A stretch of 64,000 nucleotides of DNA from contig CAVSLF010000004.1 of assembly GCA_963728595.1 (NCBI GenBank), forward strand, positions 34,014 through 98,013, read 5' to 3'. Source of the stretch: an uncultured Nitrososphaeraceae archaeon. GTDB taxonomy: Archaea > Thermoproteota > Nitrososphaeria > Nitrososphaerales > Nitrososphaeraceae. Positions 10,617 through 20,641 of the stretch are shown here, piece after piece. The notes under the pieces are model-generated. The model was not told the DNA's origin and did not search any database. It saw only the letters and a list, made by a program, of their open reading frames with translations. How positions within the stretch are numbered: the first letter of the stretch is position 1; each line of letters begins with the position of its first letter. The translations under genes were made by a program, and so were the position numbers.

Positions 10617-11246
10617 TCAATTCACTATGCAAAGTTGGTCCCTGTGTAGATCATAGTCTTTAAGAAATGAACCAAGTCTACCGATAGGTACAAACGGTAT
10701 TTTATTTACAAATGGTTGGGAAACTTCGTTTAGTGTTACTATTATAGGCAAGCCACAATCAATATTCCTATTTTTCTCTACATATATTTTAGTTCTGACA
10801 TATTGTTGATTTGCACATTCCACCATTTTAGAAGCTGCCATATTCCTCCAATGTTTGCAATCGATTATCAAAGCCATACCTTTCAAAGTTGCTACAACAT
10901 CAATCTGAATTCGTGGCATTGTCAAATGAATATTATTCTTACAGACATAATGCTTCGCTTGGAGAATTATCGTTACAAAGTTCTCAAAATCTTTCCAATT
11001 TAGATTTAAAGATAAGAGGGTGGCATCACATTCATGATGTAAAGCTAGCAAAAGCAACTTCATTTTATCGGTTGTTGAGAAGCTAATTTTCGTATCTGAC
11101 AAATTTCCTATTCCTTGACTGCTCAAAAATCGGAGCAATTCCAGACTTGTAGTATAACTATGGATGTTACACAGAGACTGAAATTCTGAAATGCTACTGC
11201 TATAAGGAATACCCCGAATTGCTTGTGCTAACAATGAGCAGTTCAA
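10617..11246 (-). CDS. Mrr-like PD-(D/E)xK restriction endonuclease domain protein
   Basis: WKDFENFV...QIDVVA...IIDCKHW. Confidence 0.8.
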   Translation of the reverse strand: MNCSLLAQAIRGIPYSSSISEFQSLCNIHSYTTSLELLRFLSSQGIGNLSDTKISFSTTDKMKLLLLALHHECDATLLSLNLNWKDFENFVTIILQAKHYVCKNNIHLTMPRIQIDVVATLKGMALIIDCKHWRNMAASKMVECANQQYVRTKIYVEKNRNIDCGLPIIVTLNEVSQPFVNKIPFVPIGRLGSFLKDYDLHRDQLCIVN

Positions 11247-11309
11247 ACTTCAAGAATGAGTTTGCTCAGATCCTAATATTATTTTTGGTTTCCAGCTCAC
11301 GTGTGCATA

Positions 11310-11460
11310 TGTGACAATAACATTATAGCGGGAAGAGACGGGGAAGACAAAATGGCAAATGGGTTGGCATTGATCTGATTTTACACGATACTATTCTCAT
11401 TGCTTTACTTGCTGACGGAAGCAAAGATGGGATCAATTGTCGGCTGGGGAGTGATACGAG
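11310..11460 (+). pseudogene. Remnant of an RTX/hemolysin-type Ca-binding repeat gene
   Basis: Hand translation DNNIIAGRDGEDKM, frameshift, GIDLILHD...ADGSKDGINCRLGSD; resembles GGxGxD repeats and the DCGxGxD terminus of 60869-61552. Confidence 0.45.
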
Positions 11461-11606
11461 GAAATCTGGGGAGTCAAACTTAGCCCACTATTCTAAAGTT
11501 AAAAACTAGACGGACGAACTTTAATTTGTAACTATATTTTCCTAAAAAGGATATATTATCAAAATCTGACTTAAAATTTATTAATATCTTTGATATTTTC
11601 TGATTA

Positions 11607-12830
11607 ATGTCAACAAATTCATCTGAAGACAAGTCTCACGATAAGAAGATTACACGTCGTGATTTTCTGAAATTAGCCGGCGCAGCAGGAGTGGTGGCCA
11701 CTTTACCATCTCTTATGCCATTTGGCAAGGTCTTTGGTGGTACCAAGAATGATACCACCATTAATCAGACAAGCAATCTGAATCCACTAACAAATAAACA
11801 GACACCTTCAATTCATATTTTCGATTTAGACGGAACCAAACCACAATTCTCCAATCCGAACGGAAGCAGGACCCTCATGAACGCTGATAACTTTCCAATA
11901 TTGGAAGGGATGGGGGCTGTTTTGCTTCATTTAGAAAAAGGTGGAATACTTGAGCCCCACTGGCACCCAAATGCGGCTGAATTAAGTCTTTGCTTAAGCG
12001 GAACAGCTAGAATGACTGTTTATAGCACCAATGCCCGAGTCGACACATTTACAATAAGTCCTGGACAGATTACTTTTGTCCCCCGGGCCTACTGGCACGA
12101 CTTGGAAAATATCGGAGAAGGAGAGGTGAAATTTGTAATTGTATATGATAATGAACGCCCTGGAGACTTGGGTGTATCGGGGTCTGTTGGGTCTTTGTCT
12201 GCGAGAGTTCTGGATAGAATGTTTGGAATAAGCCCACCTGGATTCTTTGATCAATTGAATTATACATCAATTCAGGATGTGACGATGGGAGCAAGACCAG
12301 TTGATTTTTCAAGTACCAGCAAAGTCGACGTTCCAAATGCCCATAAATTTAATCTGGGTGGTATAACTCCGCAAATACAGACTCCGGGAGGAACTGCTGC
12401 GTTGGGAATGGCCAACGATTTTCCAATACTTATGGGATTGTCGTGTTTTCTTTTAGTCTTAAAACCGAGCGGAATAGTAGAGCCTCACACTCATCCAAAT
12501 GCGGCTGAATTGAATTATGTTATCAATGGAAAGGTACGTTTCACCGTGTTTGGTCCTAATGGGGAGGCTGAGACATCTGAAATTAGTCAAGGTCAAGTAT
12601 TTTTTGTACCCCCTGGGTATTTTCACTATCTGGAGAATCCTGATAACATAAATGGCAACAATGTCGTTTCGTTTTTTGGGAACGAGAGTCCAGAATTTAT
12701 GGGAATTGTGGGAGGTCTTAGTGCATATTCTAACGAGGTACTAGGTTCTACATTCAATAAAGATCCCAAATTCTTCAGCAACCTACCAAGACTAGACAAA
12801 AATGTGTTTATTGCATCAGGAACGGGATAG
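11607..12830 (+). CDS. Tat-exported bicupin (oxalate decarboxylase/oxidase family)
   Basis: TRRDFLK twin-arginine signal; two cupin sites EPHWHPNAAE/WHDLEN and EPHTHPNAAE/FHYLEN. Confidence 0.9.
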   Translation: MSTNSSEDKSHDKKITRRDFLKLAGAAGVVATLPSLMPFGKVFGGTKNDTTINQTSNLNPLTNKQTPSIHIFDLDGTKPQFSNPNGSRTLMNADNFPILEGMGAVLLHLEKGGILEPHWHPNAAELSLCLSGTARMTVYSTNARVDTFTISPGQITFVPRAYWHDLENIGEGEVKFVIVYDNERPGDLGVSGSVGSLSARVLDRMFGISPPGFFDQLNYTSIQDVTMGARPVDFSSTSKVDVPNAHKFNLGGITPQIQTPGGTAALGMANDFPILMGLSCFLLVLKPSGIVEPHTHPNAAELNYVINGKVRFTVFGPNGEAETSEISQGQVFFVPPGYFHYLENPDNINGNNVVSFFGNESPEFMGIVGGLSAYSNEVLGSTFNKDPKFFSNLPRLDKNVFIASGTG

Positions 12831-13111
12831 GTAAGAAATATAGTGAAAAGATGATAGTAAATAATCCTTATTTTAGGTTACATTCTAAGAAATGTTTATT
12901 TTTTAGTTGAGCCTAGCATAAATCACTCTATCTTCTGCTTCTCATCTATTCTTCATTCAGTTATTTATAAAGAAAAGGATATTCTTATCACCGTTTTTTG
13001 CATGATTCTACTTCATTTGTTATAGTCGCTATTAATCTCACCCGTTCACCAAACGAGAAATAATGAAACTTGCTAGGGCACTTCCTCACCTCGTATTTTA
13101 TTGCGTTTCCT

Positions 13112-13885
13112 CTATTTTTTCATGGCAAAGAAAATGAAGGTGTAATCAAGGCCAGTTCTACTCCAGTGCACAACCTTGTCCTTGAAGCTATAATCAATAG
13201 GCTCGATCAGCTTGAGACCATATTTTTCAGCAATTACTACCGCAGCCTCTATTTCACATCTGTCAAAGATTTTGTCGGGAGTTCCTTTTGAGAGAACGCA
13301 TTTTGTGTTGATAGTTTTTTCCGGCCAGTAGTCGGTAGATGTTAGCAGTAAACCATCTTTTTTGAGAATCCTGCTCATTTCCTCGAAGTACTTTTGGATA
13401 TCAACACCATGTTCAATTACAGACAAAGAGGTTACAAAATCAAACGTATTCTCTTTGTAGTGCGTTGCCTCTAAATTCTGGATTGATAACTTCAAAGACT
13501 TATCATCAAGCATATCAACTATTGGTTTGTAATCTCTTTTATAGAACGAATATGCGGTATTCATAAAGTTGTACTTGTACTTTGGCCTCAGGACCAAATC
13601 ACACCCATAAAGATTCCTGAATCCTAATCTCTTGAGCATGGGCAATACGGGAGAGTCATTGCAGCCAACATCGAGTATGAACGACTCTCTATCGGCATTG
13701 TTTATGATCTCGATAATCTTGTAGGTGTCCCAGGCCTTGATCGTGTCATGAGGAAGGAAAAGTTTAAGCCCTTTTAGACGTATCTTCGCCTCCGTCACCT
13801 GAGAAGTTGTCTTCAAGACCGAATTGCAAAGCTTATTTCCTAGAGGGGTAAGATGATTTTCGTCAGATATTGTCATGTTATACAC
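13112..13885 (-). CDS. Class I SAM-dependent methyltransferase
   Basis: ILDVGC, YGCDL, FDFVTSLSVIEHG, RILKKDGLLLTSTDY. Confidence 0.9.
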   Translation of the reverse strand: MYNMTISDENHLTPLGNKLCNSVLKTTSQVTEAKIRLKGLKLFLPHDTIKAWDTYKIIEIINNADRESFILDVGCNDSPVLPMLKRLGFRNLYGCDLVLRPKYKYNFMNTAYSFYKRDYKPIVDMLDDKSLKLSIQNLEATHYKENTFDFVTSLSVIEHGVDIQKYFEEMSRILKKDGLLLTSTDYWPEKTINTKCVLSKGTPDKIFDRCEIEAAVVIAEKYGLKLIEPIDYSFKDKVVHWSRTGLDYTFIFFAMKK

Positions 13886-13913
13886 TTTGTACTATGGGTG
13901 AAATGAATGTATT

Positions 13914-14138
13914 TCACTGAAATATGATCTTACCGTCGTGCACTTTGTCTTCACAAGCACTGATTTCTTCTTCATGGGAGTTTATCTTTATTGGCTTTCC
14001 AAAGTCAAAATTGTGTCTTCCGTCCTGAAGAAAGGAGCTCCCACATGCACGTGTATTTTCAATGTACTCTAACCACATTGCTCCACACAAACGACATCTG
14101 AAATCGCGAATCTCTGATTTGATATTATTATACCTCAA
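13914..14138 (-). CDS. Small putative Zn-binding protein
   Basis: CRLC...C...H spacing. Confidence 0.55.
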   Translation of the reverse strand: MRYNNIKSEIRDFRCRLCGAMWLEYIENTRACGSSFLQDGRHNFDFGKPIKINSHEEEISACEDKVHDGKIIFQ

Positions 14139-14262
14139 TTTTTCTCAACTTAGTGATGAATTAGCCTCGCTTTAATGATTCAACCACAATCGTCGCGAAA
14201 AAAATTAGGATCATTGTTAGATAGCAACAAAACTCAAATTCTCCCTTGATCATATATTAGAT

Positions 14263-14634
14263 ATGTCTGAATTACAAGAGCCGAGAGAGAATTTCAAGAG
14301 GACGCAGGAATCTCTTTTGAAGGTATTCCCAAAAGTTGACCCACAATTGCTGGTTGACCTACTCTTGAGAGAACAGCAAGATCCGTTGAATGCTCCTATC
14401 TATACTCTGGAAGTTTTCATGAAGAAAGGTACAAATATCGAAAAGGTGAGAGACACAATTCTGCAGGGTACTGGTACAATACCTAGCATCCACGATGGGG
14501 GAACTCACGTTGTATCCAATCATAAAGTCACTTTGGATCTTCTGAAATTTATATCTGCAAATGAAGACGTGCTAGAAATCACCGGTGATTATTCAGGCGG
14601 TGCTGCTTCCATAGGCGCCAGACATGAACATTGA
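14263..14634 (+). CDS. Hypothetical protein
   Basis: Clean 123-aa ORF with globular composition; no motif recognised. Confidence 0.75.
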   Translation: MSELQEPRENFKRTQESLLKVFPKVDPQLLVDLLLREQQDPLNAPIYTLEVFMKKGTNIEKVRDTILQGTGTIPSIHDGGTHVVSNHKVTLDLLKFISANEDVLEITGDYSGGAASIGARHEH

Positions 14635-15351
14635 CATTAAAAACTTTGGGTTTTTAAGGTAGCCCTAAGCCCATAATCAAAGGATTACACTTATCTATAT
14701 AGGGCATTATTATCGATATTTGTAAGGTCAATGTTTATTTGGTATTTGTAACGCTCTGCATAAAAGCAAAAGCTGCCGGTCACATGGTAGCGTCTCATTT
14801 CTGCCGAGGTTAAAAATCTGAAAGAAGCTGCTCCGATTGAGAATTATCATTTTCCGTATCTAAATTATTAACGGTAACATGATTATTTTTGATTGATTTA
14901 TGCTATCTGTAGCATTAATGTTCTCAAATATTTTTCATGGATAGATGATATTGTATTAAATTCAATCATAGGCGCTACTCAATTAGTTTTTTTCGCGGCG
15001 CAACTACCTTACTCCCCTTCAATCTATTCTTTGTGTAAAACCCAGCTTTAATAAAATGGTACACGTTTGATGTCAACAATCTAAATGTTTTCCAGATGCT
15101 GCCTAGATAACTATCTTACATATCAACCGTAGACAAAGATTATCAACTGTAAAGAAGTAATATGAAAGTACTAGTGCAAACCCACAACAAAAATAATGCT
15201 AGAATAATTAGAAAAGAAAGTTTCGTGATTAATGATGGGTCTGCTCAAAGTCAATACATGACGTTTATTGTTCATACGTGTCAATACCTCAACCGTGACT
15301 TGCTAGCTCAGCCTGAATCTTTGGATTCTATAATGAAAAGCATGTAAAAAA

Positions 15352-17151
15352 ATGACAGATAAATCAAAATTTAATTCAATATCGAGAATTTCTCGTATCT
15401 ACTCATTATCTTTCCCATTCTGGACTGGACGGTCGTCGAAGATGCTGTCATACGCCACGCCTCTCCACAATAACAAGCACTTACGTAATTTGCATTGTGT
15501 AATTATCGGAGCAGCCTTAATAACTGGTGCTATTGCATGCAGTAGCACTCCATCTGTTTTTGGAGAATCTTATGTTAATATCGCCGCGGCAGGAGATTGG
15601 GGGTGTACTGGAAATACACGAGATACTGTAAAAAATGTACAAAAGCAGAACCCTGATCTGTTACTAGCATTAGGGGATTACTCGTACGCAAATACTCCTG
15701 GATGCTGGTTCGACACTATAAGGCCGGTGGGCTCTATTACCAAAGTGGGTATTGGTAATCACGAAGTCGAAAACGCTGCACTCTTGAGCTCTTATTTAAA
15801 TAATTTTGGACTTACAAGACAATATTATTCGTATAACGTTGGAAACGTTCATGTTTTAACCATGGCCACCGAAGAGACATTTACCAAAGGTTCGCAGCAG
15901 TATAACTTTGTGCTGGGAGACCTACAAGCAGCAAGTTCAGATCCTAACATCAAATGGACGATCGTGAACTTGCATGTGCCACTTTATGCATCACCTAACA
16001 CATGCGGAGACTCGGGGTGTGCTGGTGACAAGGACTTGAGAGAAACTTATCATCCGTTATTTGACAAGTACGGTGTAGATCTGGTCTTAGCAGGACATGT
16101 CCATAACTATCAAAGGAGTTACCCTATGACGTATAATTCGCAAAATCCTTCCGACCCGAAAGTAACAAGCTGCAGCAAGAGCACATATAGCAATCCTGAA
16201 GGAGAGATCTACGCCATAGTAGGAACTGGCGGGGTTAACTTGCACGGTTTATCGGGAAAGTCTTATTTTATTGCGAGTCAACAAGATTCAAAGTTTGGGA
16301 TATTTGACATGCATATTTCTGCTAATACATTAGAAGCCAAATTTATTGACAACGCAGGTACTATTCTGGATGAGTTTAGTATTAACAAAAATGTAAACAT
16401 AAAGAAGATTGTATCAACAGAATGTAGCCCAGACCGTATGTCCACCTTCAAATCGGTAAACATACTGGGAAGCGATTCGCAGAATGAGTACTATCCAGTG
16501 GTAATGTCTTTTAAAGTAAATCATGTCATCCCCGTTTTGCCAAAGGGTAAAACATTTGAGACTCTGTTTAAATCTTATCACGATAAAATGCAGGAAGAAA
16601 ATACCCCCAAACTCAAAATAGAAAAAATGAGGCAAAATATACACGAACAGATCAGTCAAAAAATAGAGAAGAAATTGGACGGTGTCAAGCTCAAGGACAA
16701 GGCAGACAATAAGGATGTAGGGGATGAGAAGACGACAACGACCTCAGACAGCTCATGGCCCTTAGAGGATGTCAAGCTCAAGGACAAGGCAGACAATAAG
16801 GATGTAGAGGATGAGAAGACGACAACGACCTCAGACAGCTCATGGCCCTTAGAGGATGTCAAGCTCAAGGACAAGGCAGACAATAAGGATGTAGAGGATG
16901 AGAAGACGACAACGACCTCAGACAGCTCATGGCCCTTAGAGGATGTCAAGCTCAAGGACAAGGCAGACAATAAGGATGTAGGGGATGAGAAGACGACAAC
17001 GACCTCAGACAGCTCATGGCCCTTAGAGGATGTCAAGCTCAAGGACAAGGCAGACGAGAGTCTTAAATCGGCAATATCAGAAAATATCAAACAGAAGTTA
17101 AAAAAGAAATTGACATCGAAGATTTTCGGTTCAGGATTTCCTTTCCGTTAG
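15352..17151 (+). CDS. Secreted purple-acid-phosphatase-type metallophosphoesterase with repetitive C-terminal tail
   Basis: AAGDWGC, LGDYSY, GNHE, HVPLY, GHVHNYQR; true start probably about 30 codons in. Confidence 0.92.
   Translation: MTDKSKFNSISRISRIYSLSFPFWTGRSSKMLSYATPLHNNKHLRNLHCVIIGAALITGAIACSSTPSVFGESYVNIAAAGDWGCTGNTRDTVKNVQKQNPDLLLALGDYSYANTPGCWFDTIRPVGSITKVGIGNHEVENAALLSSYLNNFGLTRQYYSYNVGNVHVLTMATEETFTKGSQQYNFVLGDLQAASSDPNIKWTIVNLHVPLYASPNTCGDSGCAGDKDLRETYHPLFDKYGVDLVLAGHVHNYQRSYPMTYNSQNPSDPKVTSCSKSTYSNPEGEIYAIVGTGGVNLHGLSGKSYFIASQQDSKFGIFDMHISANTLEAKFIDNAGTILDEFSINKNVNIKKIVSTECSPDRMSTFKSVNILGSDSQNEYYPVVMSFKVNHVIPVLPKGKTFETLFKSYHDKMQEENTPKLKIEKMRQNIHEQISQKIEKKLDGVKLKDKADNKDVGDEKTTTTSDSSWPLEDVKLKDKADNKDVEDEKTTTTSDSSWPLEDVKLKDKADNKDVEDEKTTTTSDSSWPLEDVKLKDKADNKDVGDEKTTTTSDSSWPLEDVKLKDKADESLKSAISENIKQKLKKKLTSKIFGSGFPFR
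16684..17055 (+). repeat. Intragenic 87-bp (29-aa) tandem repeat, about 4.3 copies
   Basis: Units start at 16684, 16771, 16858, 16945 and 17032; VKLKDKADNKDV[G/E]DEKTTTTSDSSWPLED. Confidence 0.97.
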
Positions 17152-17348
17152 GTTAGATCATACTGGCCATATCACATGATATAACACTTGACTCGTTTAG
17201 ATTAAAATTAGATTTACTTCCAGAATTTTTCTTTTCATTCAGTCTTGGCATCTGCCTAGAAACATAATCCTCACCTATGACAATATTCTTCGCGCTCAAC
17301 ACACATGTAATCAATAGAATACGAGTTCGCTTCTCGCTTCGTGCGATA

Positions 17349-17555
17349 TCATAATCCTATCCTTTTCTCCCTCAGCTTCGTAATATACACCCAATTTTTC
17401 ACAATTGCTCTAAGCATATGGGACACAGTTGGTAGTGTTAACACGTTTATTTCATAATTTATTCTAGCGTATTTTTTAAGAAGATCGAAATCAGCGAGAG
17501 ATAGATTAGTCAATACTACTTTCTCTAGTTTCTCACCCTGTGTTTTTCTGGGCAA
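17349..17555 (-). CDS. Small basic protein, possibly ribbon-helix-helix (CopG-like) DNA-binding
   Basis: VVLTNLSLADFDLLKKYAR...TVSHMLRAIVKNWV strand-helix-helix pattern. Confidence 0.5.
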   Translation of the reverse strand: MPRKTQGEKLEKVVLTNLSLADFDLLKKYARINYEINVLTLPTVSHMLRAIVKNWVYITKLREKRIGL

Positions 17556-18338
17556 ATATGGATGATCCTATAGATACCATTATTAAACTTTTGATATATA
17601 TATAGATATATTGTATCCAGCATGTGCTTGAGGGTCCATAGGGTATCGAATTATGCTGGAAAAAAACTACAGTAAAACACGGGCTTAGGATTCTATCAAA
17701 GCCCAACTTTGAACGCGGATCCAACAATACACTACAGTTTGTAGAGTACGATAGAGATTACATTCAAAACAACTTATCCCGATTAATGGCATATTAAATA
17801 ACAATCAATTAGTTACTAATAACTAGTTTTAATAAACTAACAACGTATAACATACCCATATCTTTAAACTTTACATTTTCATTGCGATTTTACTAATTTT
17901 TACTTGCACTTCGTAATTTTTGGTATCTTTAACATTTTTGGTATCTCATTATAAAGACAAAATCAAATTACAGGACATAACGTAGCCTACAGTGTAGAAG
18001 CGTTATCCTACAATGACGGTTAACAATTTGTACCCTGTAGAATGTGTAATCAGCGGCGTAAAATCCGCACTTCTTGCTTTCTAAAGTCAGTAGAAATGAA
18101 CCAGTTACACTATGATAAGCGGGACGATTTGGAGCGGCGTATCTGATGTGTCTAGAGGGAAACAGATACTGAGATTGTGGATTGTACTATGACTGTCCCA
18201 TGTCCTCTGCTATCCGTTATTCCGGACCATCGACGGATGATCCAGATGGCACTTGTCCTGTTCGCCATAAACCTATGATTATAACCTACACTAATAAAAG
18301 TAGAGAATCGGGCGTCGCGTTTCATTCTCCATATTGAT

Positions 18339-18506
18339 ATGAATGGTTTGCGTTTCAAAGGAGTGTCAGGCAATAAGCATCTAAATCTCATCGATGAAGA
18401 AGTCAGAAGATGGCATATTGTAGAAATAATTCGTCTTGATAAAGAAAAAATAGAAAAGATGTCACAAAAGAAGAATGAAACAGAAATATTTGAATGGCAA
18501 GCATAA
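18339..18506 (+). CDS. Possible 55-aa hypothetical protein or gene remnant
   Basis: Hand translation MNGLRFKGVSGNKHLNLIDEEVRRWHIVEIIRLDKEKIEKMSQKKNETEIFEWQA. Confidence 0.3.
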   Translation: MNGLRFKGVSGNKHLNLIDEEVRRWHIVEIIRLDKEKIEKMSQKKNETEIFEWQA

Positions 18507-18880
18507 TAGTTTCTCGCAGAAATCATTGACTTTGTGACAAACTTTAGATTCGTTGATAAAGTTGGTTCTCAAAAATCATGGATAGATAGAATATGACGGA
18601 AACAAATAACGTTCTAGACCTTCTCGATTTCATTTAGTCCTTCTCTGTTATATAGGTAACGATATAGGTTTGAATATTTATAGGACTTAGAATGTATTCA
18701 ACTATTTTTCAGTCTACTAATATTGCTCACATTTCTGCTGATAATTTTATCTCGGGCCTTTGACATGATTAATCGGGTCTTCATTGATAATTGCCAACAG
18801 TAAATGATTAAAGAATCTTGAAAGAAAATAGAGAAATGGTCATGGAGATTTCTCGTTCAAGCCAAATCACTAACACTTTT

Positions 18881-18994
18881 CTATTCAAGATCTGGTTTGT
18901 GTATCTTCCTCATATGCTCGTCTAATTCTTTGAGTGATTCAAATTTAGACTCACAATCTTTGCAGTTATAGTTAGCATCTTCGGGAGACGACAT
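18881..18994 (-). CDS. 37-aa C2H2 zinc-finger microprotein (not in ORF track)
   Basis: MSSPEDANYNCKDCESKFESLKELDEHMRKIHKPDLE matches C-x2-C-x3-F-x5-L-x2-H-x4-H; AT-rich TATA-like sequence upstream. Confidence 0.85.
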   Translation of the reverse strand: MSSPEDANYNCKDCESKFESLKELDEHMRKIHKPDLE

Positions 18995-19456
18995 ATTGTT
19001 TAGTTAGATAACATATCATATATCAATTATATATCCAATTAGTTGTTACTACAACTCGTAACTATAAAAATTAATGGGAGTGATTAGTCAACAAATTTAT
19101 GATGAAACTGAACAGCACTAATACCTGGGAAGTACAGTTCATTTTCTGTATTTCTAAATACTGTTAAGATATAACTATAACACGTATATTCTAAATTAAA
19201 AAATTAGAATTCGTCATGACCACTATGCTTTTCTTGCTAATAGAAGCAGTGCCATTTGCCGCGAATATTTATGTTAGGAACAAGTGGCGAAGCCATTGTC
19301 GTTGTGCTAACATTGGCTCTTACTATAGTTTGTCTCGATTGAACTTGCGTCCAAACACATGATCGTCTTGTATCGACTAAATTTATGCACTATTGTCTGT
19401 TGCCCGTATTGTGATATGGTGATATGGTTTTATTTCTTGAGCTAGAATCTCTTTCG

Positions 19457-20071
19457 CTAACTAGTTGATGTATCATTCTCAGAGGAAGACGACGAATCTG
19501 CACACTGGGGAGTGTGCAGAGTGAATCGATTATCCAGACAAGGGGGTGGTGCTATTGTTTCATCATCACTTGTATTTTGTATATCGGGACTTTCCAGCGT
19601 GGAATTCGAAGATGCTTCCGAAACACAATTAGACACGGTATTATTTTGTGAGGGTGGGCATTGGTCTGTGGCAGGACACTGATCTTGAGAAGAGGCAAGC
19701 TTGCCATCAGTACAACGTAATTGTCCCTCTTCATCTGTTGTTTCATCATCACTTGTATTTTGTATATCGGGACTTTCCAGCGTGGAATTCGAAGATGCTT
19801 CCGAAACACAATTAGACACGGTATTATTTTGTGAGGGTGGGCATTGGTCTGTGGCAGGACACTGATCTTGAGAAGAGGCAAGCTTGCCATCAGTACAACG
19901 TAATTGTCCCTCTTCCGAAGCGAAAACGTTTGCGACTTTTAATGGGTAGAGAATTTGAACATCCTCTTTCTGTATTTGGAGGCTTGTTATCCGATCCATC
20001 ATAGAAATCGTTAGTAAAAATATCGACAGGGTAGTAATAGTTATAACAATCAATCTCGTCGGGCTAGTCAT
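19457..20071 (-). CDS. Secreted/membrane-anchored Cys-rich repeat protein
   Basis: N-terminal hydrophobic segment; two copies of a 61-aa unit with 4 Cys. Confidence 0.8.
   Translation of the reverse strand: MTSPTRLIVITITTLSIFLLTISMMDRITSLQIQKEDVQILYPLKVANVFASEEGQLRCTDGKLASSQDQCPATDQCPPSQNNTVSNCVSEASSNSTLESPDIQNTSDDETTDEEGQLRCTDGKLASSQDQCPATDQCPPSQNNTVSNCVSEASSNSTLESPDIQNTSDDETIAPPPCLDNRFTLHTPQCADSSSSSENDTSTS
19556..19915 (-). repeat. Intragenic 183-bp direct repeat, 2 copies
   Basis: 19556-19732 repeated at 19739-19915. Confidence 0.95.
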
Positions 20072-20641
20072 GCAATGTATTAGATCTTCATCTGTATTAA
20101 ATAGTAACTCTCTACCGCTATACAGAATGATGTTATATAGGGTCCCATAGACTTGCTTGCCTCTGTTTTCGAAAAATCAATGAATAATGTAATCAAGTTG
20201 CGTAATTCGTACGTAATTTGTTCATCTACAATTCTGATAGCCACTGATACGCTAAAAATTCGCTTATTATTCACCACGAATAAATCTCTCCGTAAATAAA
20301 GTTGCTCTGACTGTTTCTTAAAAATTGACGGGACTTCACAGCCATGCAACATTTTAAGTAGCAAATGGACAACTTTTTTCTTCCGAGTCTCGTCTTTGAC
20401 TTATGTCGGATCATTCATTCTAACTTTGATTCTACCAGACATCGTGTGTGATGCACGGCCACCATTACATCTATTTTGTTTTCACTATTGGCTTGAAATG
20501 TTCCTTTCTTAGTATTAGATTTCTTCTAGAGGTAACTGTGGTAACAATTGATAGTTAGTTAGTAGACTTAAGGTTCTCACTAGATTTTCATCAATATCTT
20601 GTTTAAGAACTTGTTATAAGGAAAGTATCAACTCTTTTTCT

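Noticed and set aside
11607..12830. Gene symbol oxdC
   Set aside because: The catalytic SENST lid is not evident, so the activity cannot be assumed
16684..17055. Possible CRISPR array
   Set aside because: Units are contiguous, in frame and near-identical, with no unique spacers and no cas genes; it is a coding tandem repeat
16656..17090. Antisense and alternate-frame ORFs over real genes (for example 16656-17090, 19552-19890, 24565-24936, 31966-32806, 34197-34574, 57452-57850)
   Set aside because: Shadows of motif-bearing genes or repeats, with no motifs of their own
18146..18337. Selenocysteine readthrough in MCLEGNRY*DCGLYYDCP
   Set aside because: No recognisable selenoprotein family or SECIS-like element; more likely non-coding or decayed sequence
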